Shown: in pieces, positions 43,852 to 52,233 of the stretch
How positions within the stretch are numbered: position 1 is the first letter of the stretch
Layout: every line of letters starts with the position of its first letter
Source: Candidatus Eremiobacteria bacterium
GTDB lineage: Bacteria > Vulcanimicrobiota > Vulcanimicrobiia > Vulcanimicrobiales > Vulcanimicrobiaceae
Reading direction: 5' to 3'
Assembly (NCBI GenBank): GCA_963758295.1
Contig: CAVWUU010000003.1
Span: 32,001-96,000, forward strand
DNA length: 64,000 bases
Notes under the pieces: model-generated
Told to the model about the DNA's origin: nothing
The model's input: only the letters and a program-made list of their open reading frames with translations
The model's database searches: none
Made by a program: the position numbers and the translations under genes

Positions 43852-43928
43852 GCGCAGTATCGGAATGGCGGATCGCCGGGTGTCGCGTCCAGCCGTATTC
43901 CGCGCAAGTCGTCTTTGGAGCAGCATCT

Positions 43929-44687
43929 ATGAAAACGCGAATACTTGGCGGTGTCGCGATGCTCGCATCTCTTGTTTTTGCCTTTGCGCTATATTCGAAC
44001 CATGCGGCAAAAGCTTCCGATCATCAGGACTCCCCAGTAACGCTGGGACGTCCCGGAGCAGACATCACCGACCCGTATATTTTTCCGGCACCCGATAATC
44101 CCAACAACGTCGTCCTCGTAATGAACGTTCATCCCCTCATTCCGAGCGGTCAAGGGCTTTCGACGTCTTTTGATCCCGGCGTTATCTATCAAATGAACTT
44201 CGACGGCGAATCAGAGAATACGAACGTCCCCGCGCAAGACGTCAACCAATCGTTCGTCATTCAGTTGGTGGCCGGCGCGCCCGGTGCCAATCAACCGATC
44301 TACATCAACGGTCCGGCACATCCCGCATCGCTGGGAAATGAGGCGACGCTGTTGCCGATGACCGGGCAAGGAACGATCAATAAATCGTTCACTGCCGGGC
44401 ACATGCAGATCTTTGCGGGTGCTCGAGAAGATCCGTTCTTCTTCGATCTCGCCCAATTTTTCAAGATTTTGCCCGATCGCATGGGCGGAAATCCCGCGCC
44501 GAGCTGTCTCCCCAAACTCGGCACGGGCTCTTGTTCCCAAGGTTTCAACAATCCCGGACAAGATTTTCTGGGCGGTTTCAACGTGCTTTCGATTGTCATC
44601 GAGATGCCGCGCGCCGACCTGATAGCGGGCTGCAATGGCCCCAAGATTGCATACTGGGTCACGACGTACACGTCGTCGGGAAGCTAG
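43929..44687 (+). CDS. exported DUF4331-family protein (N-terminal half)
   Basis: Signal AKA|SDHQDSP, ADITD, GAREDPFFFDL, DFLGGFNVLSIVIEMPR. Confidence 0.85.
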   Translation: MKTRILGGVAMLASLVFAFALYSNHAAKASDHQDSPVTLGRPGADITDPYIFPAPDNPNNVVLVMNVHPLIPSGQGLSTSFDPGVIYQMNFDGESENTNVPAQDVNQSFVIQLVAGAPGANQPIYINGPAHPASLGNEATLLPMTGQGTINKSFTAGHMQIFAGAREDPFFFDLAQFFKILPDRMGGNPAPSCLPKLGTGSCSQGFNNPGQDFLGGFNVLSIVIEMPRADLIAGCNGPKIAYWVTTYTSSGS

Positions 44688-44694
44688 GTGAATC

Positions 44695-45418
44695 GTGAAA
44701 TACGAATGGAACGCACGCGTATTAGTAATCCTAGGTGCATTACTGCTCGCCTCGTGCGGCGGCGGAGCCGGCGGACCCGCAAACAATAACGGCACGGGCC
44801 TCCCGGCTCCCGGCACGCCGTCGAATGCTAACCCCGAAATTTCCTCGGTCGGTGCGGGGCCGTACAAACAGCTGGATCGTTTGAATCGTCCGGCCGTAAA
44901 CGAAGTGTTTGCAACGTTTGCGGAGCATCAGGGGAACAATACCGATACGCCAAACGATGATGCGAAGATGCTTGGCCCGCAAATCATGGCGTTCATGACG
45001 AACGTCGGCGGCCGCAGCACCTCAATCGCATCGGTCGAGCGAGCCGTACTCACGCCTGACGTGCAAATAGCCGACTTGTCGGGAACGCAGCAACGCTTGC
45101 ATCGGCAAAGCCCCGGGGACGTGCAACAATTATCTTGGCGTCGAGACGAAGGGCGCAACCCAAATGCCGGCTGGATTGAAACCATTCGGTGGCCGTGCTC
45201 TTACCGACGATATCGTTTCCATCTCTCTCGGAACGATCTTCGGAAATACCATTCCGGCTCTGAAACTCGCGCCTGACGACAACAAGGAATCGGACGGACG
45301 CGCCGATGCGTCGTTTCCGTCCGGACATCGTCCCAACCTCACAACCGATAACGTCACCTGGCAAACGGCCCCGAAGCACTTCACCACGACGTTCCCCTAC
45401 CTTGGAGCACCGCGGTAA
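44695..45418 (+). CDS. DUF4331-family lipoprotein (C-terminal half), frameshift near 45090
   Basis: Lipobox LASC; QLDRLNRPAVNE, GGRALTDDIV, DNV...FPYLGAPR. Confidence 0.8.
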
Positions 45419-45420
45419 CA

Positions 45421-46776
45421 GTGCCCTTTCCGTTTCGCGGACGGTTAGCCGTAGCGGCGATTGCAGTTGGAGCAATCGCCGCATGGCCTCTCGTGAACGC
45501 CCATCGGCCCGCTGCTCCGGGAGCCTACGTTGCGCCCGTAGTTGCGGATTACGCGCAGCGGGACAAGACGATCGCCTTTTATGAGGCACGCGTTCGCGAA
45601 CATCCGCAAGACCAGATCAGCGCGAAGCTGCTCGCAGCGCAGTACATGCAGCGGTATCGGGAAGATCTAGACGTAGGCGATATCTTACGCGCCCTTCGCG
45701 AGGCTCAACTCTCCTTGAAGTTGCAGCCTCAAAACAATGCGGCGGCAAGCGAAATCGCTGCATCGGGCTATACGGCTCTCCATGAATTTAGAACGGCGTT
45801 GCGCTATGAAAAAGCGGCGCTTGCAGATCAGCCCGACGACTCCAACGCTCCCGCTCAAATGGCATCTCTCGAAATGGAGTTGGGGAATTATCAAGCCGCG
45901 TCGCGCGATTTGCGCCTCGCCTCGCACATTCGGAACACGTCGACCGTTATGGCCGTCCAAGCCCGTTACGATGAACTAACGGGGCGGCTTCCGGAAGCGC
46001 GCCGTTTAATTGCCGGAGCCTCCGCGCAGGTAGATGCGGTCGTCGACAACTCCGCTCAAGGGCGAGCTTGGTACCATTTTCGCGCGGGCGAACTGGCCTT
46101 CTCGGATGGCGACATAGACGAGGCGAAGGCGCAAGAGCGAACCGCACTTGCAGAGTTTCCCAATTTTGAAATGGCGTACCGGGCGCTGGCGCGCTTCTGC
46201 TGGGCGACAAAGGATTGGCCGTGCGCCTTGGATGCGGGATCGAAGGCTGCGGCGATCGTTCCCGAACCCGAAGCTCTAGGCTATGAAGCCGATGCGCAAG
46301 CCGCGCTTGGGCAGAGCGCCGAAGCCGACCGTACGCGCTCGCTGATTTTTGCCGTAGAAAAAATCGGCAACGCTTATCATCTGAACGATCGTCTTCTCGC
46401 CGTTTATTACTCAGAACATAAACTGCGCCAAGAAGACGCCTTACATATCGCCGAGCGGGAAGTGCGCGTTCGCGGAAACGAGATCTACGCTCAAGACACC
46501 CTTGCATGGGCGGCGGCGGCCGACGGAAAGTGGGGTCTAGCACGCCGCGCTGCTCGCAGCGCCACGCGATTCAACACGCAAGACCCGCGAATCGACTATC
46601 ACGCCGCGATTATCGCCCTGCATTTCGGCCACTCCGCCCAAGCACGGAGTCTCCTGAACGCGGCGCTGGCTAGAAATTCAGCCTTCGACCCGTTCTACGC
46701 AGACAGCGCGCGACTCACGCTGGCATCATTGCGTAGAAGCGAGCACGATCGTGTGCTTTTAACCGCTTGGCCGTAA
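45421..46776 (+). CDS. membrane-anchored/exported TPR protein
   Basis: N-terminal hydrophobic segment and repeated Ala-rich TPR helices (DTLAWA, YHAAII). Confidence 0.8.
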   Translation: MPFPFRGRLAVAAIAVGAIAAWPLVNAHRPAAPGAYVAPVVADYAQRDKTIAFYEARVREHPQDQISAKLLAAQYMQRYREDLDVGDILRALREAQLSLKLQPQNNAAASEIAASGYTALHEFRTALRYEKAALADQPDDSNAPAQMASLEMELGNYQAASRDLRLASHIRNTSTVMAVQARYDELTGRLPEARRLIAGASAQVDAVVDNSAQGRAWYHFRAGELAFSDGDIDEAKAQERTALAEFPNFEMAYRALARFCWATKDWPCALDAGSKAAAIVPEPEALGYEADAQAALGQSAEADRTRSLIFAVEKIGNAYHLNDRLLAVYYSEHKLRQEDALHIAEREVRVRGNEIYAQDTLAWAAAADGKWGLARRAARSATRFNTQDPRIDYHAAIIALHFGHSAQARSLLNAALARNSAFDPFYADSARLTLASLRRSEHDRVLLTAWP

Positions 46777-46802
46777 GGAAGCAGAAGGTTCTTTGAAACA
46801 TA

Positions 46803-46829
46803 AAATCCATTGGCCCCAGTTCGCCGTTG
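46803..46829 (+). promoter_or_regulatory. ECF-type promoter copy 2
   Basis: AAATCC-N16-CGTTG upstream of GGAGGAG RBS and TTG at 46871. Confidence 0.65.
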
Positions 46830-46870
46830 AAGCGTTAAAAGCTGAAGTAAGAAACGAACGGAGGAGCGGT

Positions 46871-48400
46871 TTGCGCGGACGGATTGCACGTTGGCTTTTC
46901 GGTATCGCGTTTGCGGTTGCGAATGCGACCGGCGTTGCCGCGGCACATCCGCTAGGAAACTTCACGATCAATCACCTCGTAAAAGTTCAGCCGTCCCAAA
47001 AGGCCCTAAAGCTGCGTTACGTGCTCGACATCGCGGAAATTCCAACTTTTCAGATTATGCGCGGGACCTCGGCCGGTGCGCTTTGGAATGCGGCGCAACT
47101 CGATGCGTGGGGGAGCTCTGAAGTTCCGGCGGTCACGAGTGGACTCCATGTTCAGGTAGACGGTTCTCCGGTGGTCCTGAGCCTTTTGAGGCGGAACGAG
47201 AAGCTGCGCCCGGGCGCGGGAGGCCTGCCGATTCTTTATTGGACCGCGGATTTCACGGCGCCTTTGGCACCCGGAACGCATCGCGTGAACATCGATGACG
47301 GCGTATACAACGACCACCGGATCGGGTGGAAAGATATCGTGGTTTCGCCCCAAACGGAACCCACGCACGAACTGCTTCGATATCCGAGCGCGCTGATCGG
47401 TTCGCCGCGCCACGTAACGAGCGTTTCATTCGACATTTCGGCCGGCGGGGCGGCGCAGTCGATCGTCGCTTCGACAGACGGCCTTCCCGACGTGAACGGA
47501 TCGGCCTCAATCGTTCGTTCCAACGCGCTTTCCGATATGTTTTCCAACGGAAATCGTACGCCGGTCTTCGTGCTGCTAACCGTTCTCGTCGCCTTTGGCT
47601 TAGGCGCGTTGCACGCGATAGAACCGGGTCATGGAAAAGCGCTCCTGGCGTTCACGCTCGTTGGATCGCGCGCTACCGTGAAGCAGGCAACAATCCTCGC
47701 AGCGTCCTTGACGTTCGCGCATACGGCCGGCGTATTGGTCTTGGGAATCGTGCTGTTCTTCGCTGCCGGCTTCGTTTCGGAATCGATCTATCCGTGGATT
47801 ACGTTGCTTTCGGGCGTTGCGGTGGCTATCATCGGAGCGCGAAATCTTTCGCGTTATTTGAGAGCGTGTAGCCTGCACGCTCACGCGGCCGGGCACCTTC
47901 ACTCTCACGGTTTTACCGACGACCACCATCATGGTGAAGAAGACCACGGACATTCGCACGCCGTTCCGGGAACGGGGCCGATTGATTTTAGAGGCGCAGT
48001 CGTGGCGGCGATGAGCGGCGGCGTTGCGCCTTGTCCGGCTGCAATCGTCGTGATGTTGGCAGCGTTGCGTCTGCACCAACTGGGATACGGCCTGTTGCTG
48101 ATCGTCGTCTTTAGCCTTGGTCTTGCCTCGGTACTCACGGCGCTTGGGATCGCCGTGGTGCACGGGTCGGCGTTCGTAACGAAAAGCGGGAAATTCGATC
48201 GCCTCGTTTCGGCGGGACCGTTGCTTTCGGCGGCCCTGATCTCGATAGTCGGCGCCGTTATGGTCGGCCAAGGATTCGTCGCTCAGGGCGTTCGAGCTCC
48301 TGTGTGGATTCTCGCCGGACTGGTCGCTTTGGCAATCGCCGGATACGGCCTTGCGCCGCAACACAATCACTCGCACGCGCCGGAGCAGCAGCCCGTATGA
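46871..48400 (+). CDS. RcnA-like Ni/Co transporter with exported N-terminal domain
   Basis: AAA|HPLGNFTINH, GALHAIEPGHGK, His-rich loop, PCPAA. Confidence 0.85.
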   Translation: MRGRIARWLFGIAFAVANATGVAAAHPLGNFTINHLVKVQPSQKALKLRYVLDIAEIPTFQIMRGTSAGALWNAAQLDAWGSSEVPAVTSGLHVQVDGSPVVLSLLRRNEKLRPGAGGLPILYWTADFTAPLAPGTHRVNIDDGVYNDHRIGWKDIVVSPQTEPTHELLRYPSALIGSPRHVTSVSFDISAGGAAQSIVASTDGLPDVNGSASIVRSNALSDMFSNGNRTPVFVLLTVLVAFGLGALHAIEPGHGKALLAFTLVGSRATVKQATILAASLTFAHTAGVLVLGIVLFFAAGFVSESIYPWITLLSGVAVAIIGARNLSRYLRACSLHAHAAGHLHSHGFTDDHHHGEEDHGHSHAVPGTGPIDFRGAVVAAMSGGVAPCPAAIVVMLAALRLHQLGYGLLLIVVFSLGLASVLTALGIAVVHGSAFVTKSGKFDRLVSAGPLLSAALISIVGAVMVGQGFVAQGVRAPVWILAGLVALAIAGYGLAPQHNHSHAPEQQPV

Positions 48401-49195
48401 TTTTTACGAATGCTTTTACGGTTTACGCTCTTGGGCTGCGGCATGGCGCTGATCCCGACCATTTGGCGGCGATCGATAACTTGACTCGTAACTCTCTGAC
48501 GCGCGCGCCGAAGATCTCGCGGTTCATAGGGGCGCTTTTTGCGGGCGGCCATAGCGTCATGGTTCTTGCCATTGCAGCGCTTGTGGGCTACCTTGGCACT
48601 CGGTTCGTCGCGCAAGGCGCTGCAATCGAGAAAGCCGGCACGTGGATTTCCATTGTCGTACTTATCGCCATTGCCGCTAATCAATATCCGGCAATTGCGG
48701 AAGGGGCAAAACGATCGCGTATTCGGCCTCAAAACGCGGCTAATGCCGCGCGCGTTACGCAACGGAACATCGCCCTGGCTGGCGGTGCCGGTCGGACTGC
48801 TTTTTGGATTCGGATTCGAAACCTCCAGTCAAATCGCGACTTATGCAGTGGCGTTTGCGGCTGACGCGGGCGTTGCGGGCGCGCTTGTCGTCGGCTCGAT
48901 GTTTTGCGCGGGGATGGTATGCACCGATACCCTGGATTCACTCTTCATCCATCGTATCGTCTCGTATCGGGCCGGGGACTTGCCGCGTCTTATGCGGGTT
49001 TGGATCTGGTCCGTAACGCTTTTCGCCATCGCGGTTGCGGCGTATGAGCTTGCGCAAGTTCTCGGTTGGAAGCCGCCCGTATCCGATCTAACCGTTAGCA
49101 TTGTCTTAGTCTCATCGCTGGCGGCCGTTTTTGCGTGGATTTTTATGGCAACGCGATCTTCCGCCGGTACCGAACCGCAATTGGAGCATACGTAA
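48397..49195 (+). CDS. NiCoT (HoxN/NixA) high-affinity nickel permease, frameshift near 48680
   Basis: LGLRHGADPDHLAAIDNLTR, GHS, GLLFGFGFETSSQ, GMVCTDTLD. Confidence 0.88.
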
Positions 49196-49216
49196 AGCAA
49201 ATGGCGATAGGCGAGG

Positions 49217-49243
49217 AAATCCGCTGACGTCGCCTCCGCGTTG
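49217..49243 (+). promoter_or_regulatory. ECF-type promoter copy 3
   Basis: AAATCC-N16-CGTTG ending 9 nt before ATG 49253. Confidence 0.65.
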
Positions 49244-49252
49244 AACGACATC

Positions 49253-50530
49253 ATGAAAAAATACTACTCGGCAATTTTAGGCGCCGCGGTAATGATGCTC
49301 CTCGGCGTCGTTGCGGCACTTTACGGCGCAACTTTCACCCGTGCTTCCGATCATCAGGATTCACCGCTCACGGTGGGGCGGCCGGGAGCCGATATCACCG
49401 ACGTTTTCCTTTTCCCGGCTGCAAATCCGAAAAACGTGGTGCTTGCGATGGACGTGCACCCGTTGATCCCTGCCGGACTGAGCGATTCCGCGGCCTTCGA
49501 TCCTTCGGTAATGTATCAATTCAAAATCGATACGGCGGGAAGCTACCGGGAAAATAAAGTTATTCAGTTTCGCGCGGTCGGCGCAGGGGCCGCGCAGTAC
49601 CTTCAAATGTACGGACCGGCGGCGCCTGTTATGGCCGGAACAGCATCGCGCTGGGTAGGCTCGCCGCAAACGATCGCATTGAACCGTGTAACGCGATTGC
49701 CCGGCGGCATCAGCGTTTTTGCCGGTCCTCGACGGGAACCGTTTTATTTCGATTTGGCGCAGTTCTTCAAGATCGTGCCGGATAGAAACTTCAAAAGTCA
49801 GCCGCATCCGCCGATTGCTACGGCCAATTGTTTTCGAAAGCCGGATGTCGATTTCTTCCGAAATTACAACGTCCTTGCGCTGGCAGTGGAATTGCCGCGG
49901 ACCATGTTGGCTGCGCCGAGCGGCAAACTTGGGGTAATTCACCTGTATACTACGACCTCGCTTTCGCAGGGCTCGGGCGAATACGAACAGGTGGAACGTT
50001 TAGGGCGTCCGGCCATCAAAGAAACCTTCGAAACGTTCTCTGATCACGATGCCAGCAATCGCCGTTCGCCGTGGAATGACTCGGAGTTATCGCATTCGAT
50101 CGTCGCGTTTATGACGGCGCCTTCGCCGAATGGCGCGGGACGATCGCGTGAACTTGCCTCTGCGGTAGAAAAAGTGCTGATACCGGACGAACTCACGGCC
50201 GACCTTAGCGCACCCGGGCCGGCTGCCTATTTGGCTGTCGAAACGAAGGGCAAAAGCGCGCTCCCGACCGGCATCGTTCGTGTCGTACCGGAGGCCGGGC
50301 TTAAAGGCCTCAAAAAGTCGATTGCCAACAGGTCGCGCGATTTCGGCGGTCGAGATCTTTCGAGCCCCGTGATCGATCTTTCGCTCGGCGTAATTTTTGG
50401 TTCGCTCGGTCAAAAAGTTGGACTGGCAAAAGATGACGGGAAAGAAACCGCCTGTCTCACGAGCGACAACGTCGATGCAGGCTCTCGAGGCATTACTACC
50501 TCATTTCCGTATTACGGAGCGCCGATCTAA
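49253..50530 (+). CDS. exported full-length DUF4331-family protein
   Basis: TRA|SDHQDSP, ADITD, GPRREPFYFDL, QVERLGRPAIKE, GGRDL, FPYYGAP. Confidence 0.85.
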   Translation: MKKYYSAILGAAVMMLLGVVAALYGATFTRASDHQDSPLTVGRPGADITDVFLFPAANPKNVVLAMDVHPLIPAGLSDSAAFDPSVMYQFKIDTAGSYRENKVIQFRAVGAGAAQYLQMYGPAAPVMAGTASRWVGSPQTIALNRVTRLPGGISVFAGPRREPFYFDLAQFFKIVPDRNFKSQPHPPIATANCFRKPDVDFFRNYNVLALAVELPRTMLAAPSGKLGVIHLYTTTSLSQGSGEYEQVERLGRPAIKETFETFSDHDASNRRSPWNDSELSHSIVAFMTAPSPNGAGRSRELASAVEKVLIPDELTADLSAPGPAAYLAVETKGKSALPTGIVRVVPEAGLKGLKKSIANRSRDFGGRDLSSPVIDLSLGVIFGSLGQKVGLAKDDGKETACLTSDNVDAGSRGITTSFPYYGAPI

Positions 50531-50539
50531 GCGCGCATT

Positions 50540-50746
50540 TTAGCGGCTGCGCCGCAGTGCGCTCCCTTGCGATCGCAGCCGCCGCGCGATTTCGTCGTCG
50601 TCGAAGCGCTCGAGAAAGTCCTCGATGGCTGCTTCGGCGAGCGCCGACACGGAAACGGCATGCGTTGCTTTGAACGCGGTAAGCCGGCCGGCAAGGCGAT
50701 GTGGGATCGTGATCGTTAGACGTTTGAGGGACACCCGGGCTCTCAT
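50540..50746 (-). CDS. small ribbon-helix-helix-like regulator
   Basis: KRLTITIP beta strand followed by two helices (SVSALAEAAIEDFL). Confidence 0.6.
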   Translation of the reverse strand: MRARVSLKRLTITIPHRLAGRLTAFKATHAVSVSALAEAAIEDFLERFDDDEIARRLRSQGSALRRSR

Positions 50747-50755
50747 TACGAGTCT

Positions 50756-50782
50756 TAACGAACGGCGTCGTCTTTCAGATTT
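50756..50782 (-). promoter_or_regulatory. ECF-type promoter copy 4 (variant)
   Basis: Minus strand AAATCT-N16-CGTTA ending 9 nt before the RHH ATG. Confidence 0.55.
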
Positions 50783-50819
50783 ACTTGCTAATCATACGAA
50801 ACCCGGGTATTAAAACTCG

Positions 50820-51362
50820 GTGAGCGCCGTTGCGGAGATCAAAGACGACTTCGAGCTTTTCTACCGGCAATATCGGCCGCTCGTTTATGCCGTCGCTTTC
50901 AAAATCGTCCGAAACGCGCTTGACGCTGAAGACACCGTGCAAACGGTCTTCCTTAAAGTATGGAGCCGGCCCGGCGCATATCGCGGAGGAAACATCGAGA
51001 GCTGGCTCACTACGGTTACGAAGAACGCTTCGCTCGATTGCGTGCGACAATCGTGGCGTGTGAGCCCGTTCGCCTCTGCCGATGGGTATGCTGGCCGCCT
51101 TTCGCCGGGCGAAGACCTCCGGACCCGCGACTGCCGGGCGGCGGAAGATGAGGCCGTGCATCGCATCTCGGTCGCCGCGGTAATGAATGCCCTTGCGGAC
51201 CTCTGTCCCGAACAACGCGCCGCGATTGTAGCGGCCTTTGTGAAACAACAAACCCACCGGGGCATAGCCGACGGATCTTGTTTACCGCTCGGAACCGTGA
51301 AGACGCGCATTCGTTCGGGACTCGCGAAGCTGCGCCGTCGCTTCTCCGAAGAAGCGCCATAA
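50820..51362 (+). CDS. ECF sigma factor (SigK-like)
   Basis: DAEDTVQTVFLKVW, WLTTVTKNASLD, PLGTVKTRIRSGLAKLR. Confidence 0.9.
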   Translation: MSAVAEIKDDFELFYRQYRPLVYAVAFKIVRNALDAEDTVQTVFLKVWSRPGAYRGGNIESWLTTVTKNASLDCVRQSWRVSPFASADGYAGRLSPGEDLRTRDCRAAEDEAVHRISVAAVMNALADLCPEQRAAIVAAFVKQQTHRGIADGSCLPLGTVKTRIRSGLAKLRRRFSEEAP

Positions 51363-51368
51363 AAAGCG

Positions 51369-51393
51369 AAGGCGATCGCTCTGCGATCGCCTT
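51369..51393. terminator. bidirectional terminator hairpin
   Basis: AAGGCGATCGC-tct-GCGATCGCCTT between convergent genes, with an A-run upstream. Confidence 0.7.
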
Positions 51394-51418
51394 TCACTAT
51401 CCCGACGGTGTTGTGGCG

Positions 51419-51901
51419 TTAGGCCTTCTTGCGACGGCCGCCGCGCGCGGCTTTTTTACGGCCTCCTGCGGCTTTACGCGTCGTTGCCTTTTTGCGTCCG
51501 CCGGTTGCCTTACGCGTCGTCTTCTTGCGTCCGCCGGTGGACTTTTTACGTCCGCCTGCCGCTTTTTTGCGTCCTGCGGTTTTCTTGCGTCCGCCGGTCG
51601 CCTTTTTGCGGCCGCCCGTCGACTTCTTGCGTCCTGCGGTCTTCTTTCTTCCGCCGGCTGCCTTTTTGCGTCCGCCGGTCGACTTCTTGCGTCCTGCGGT
51701 TTTTTTGCGTCCGCCGGTCGCCTTTTTCCGTCCGCCGGCGGCTTTCTTACGTCCGCCTGCGGCTTTACGTCCAGCGGTTTTCTTGCGTGCGCCGGTGGCT
51801 TTTTTACGGCCGCCCGTCGATTTGCGTCCTGCGGTTTTCTTACGTCCGCCGGCTGATTTGCGGCGGCTCGATTTGCGGCGCGTTCCGGATTCTTCGGCCA
51901 T
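51419..51901 (-). CDS. histone H1-like Lys/Arg-rich repeat protein
   Basis: MAEESGTRRKSS then tandem (G)GRKK(T/A/S)(A/T) units to the stop. Confidence 0.75.
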   Translation of the reverse strand: MAEESGTRRKSSRRKSAGGRKKTAGRKSTGGRKKATGARKKTAGRKAAGGRKKAAGGRKKATGGRKKTAGRKKSTGGRKKAAGGRKKTAGRKKSTGGRKKATGGRKKTAGRKKAAGGRKKSTGGRKKTTRKATGGRKKATTRKAAGGRKKAARGGRRKKA

Positions 51902-52036
51902 CGTGCCACCGTTCATCATGGTATCGGAGTCCATTCATTCCTCCTCGTCCCCCGGGGGACGAACAGCATTAATTATTGGACAGCGCAAAATGCGCTTTAA
52001 GCGCACTATAAAGGATTTTTGCAAATCATGCAAATC

Positions 52037-52114
52037 TGCGCGCGCGTCACACGCGTACGCGACGCACGCGCGCGTGTCGCATGCGTGCGCGTCACGCGTA
52101 CGCATACGCGCACG
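52037..52114. other. alternating purine-pyrimidine (Z-DNA-prone) tract
   Basis: Five abutting alternating blocks of 11, 14, 16, 15 and 22 bp, mostly CG/CA/TG steps. Confidence 0.8.
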
Positions 52115-52196
52115 AGACGACGACACGACAAGACGAAATCACAACGATCAAAAGGTTTTCAGCGGTTCGAGTAGTCCATTGGTAGGGCCCGGGGGT

Positions 52197-52226
52197 TTGC
52201 CCGGGATTGACGGCCGGGAGTATACT
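52197..52226 (+). promoter_or_regulatory. sigma70-type topA promoter, probably leaderless
   Basis: TTGCCC-N18-TATACT; GTG start 7 nt downstream; no SD. Confidence 0.55.
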
Positions 52227-52233
52227 AAGCCCC

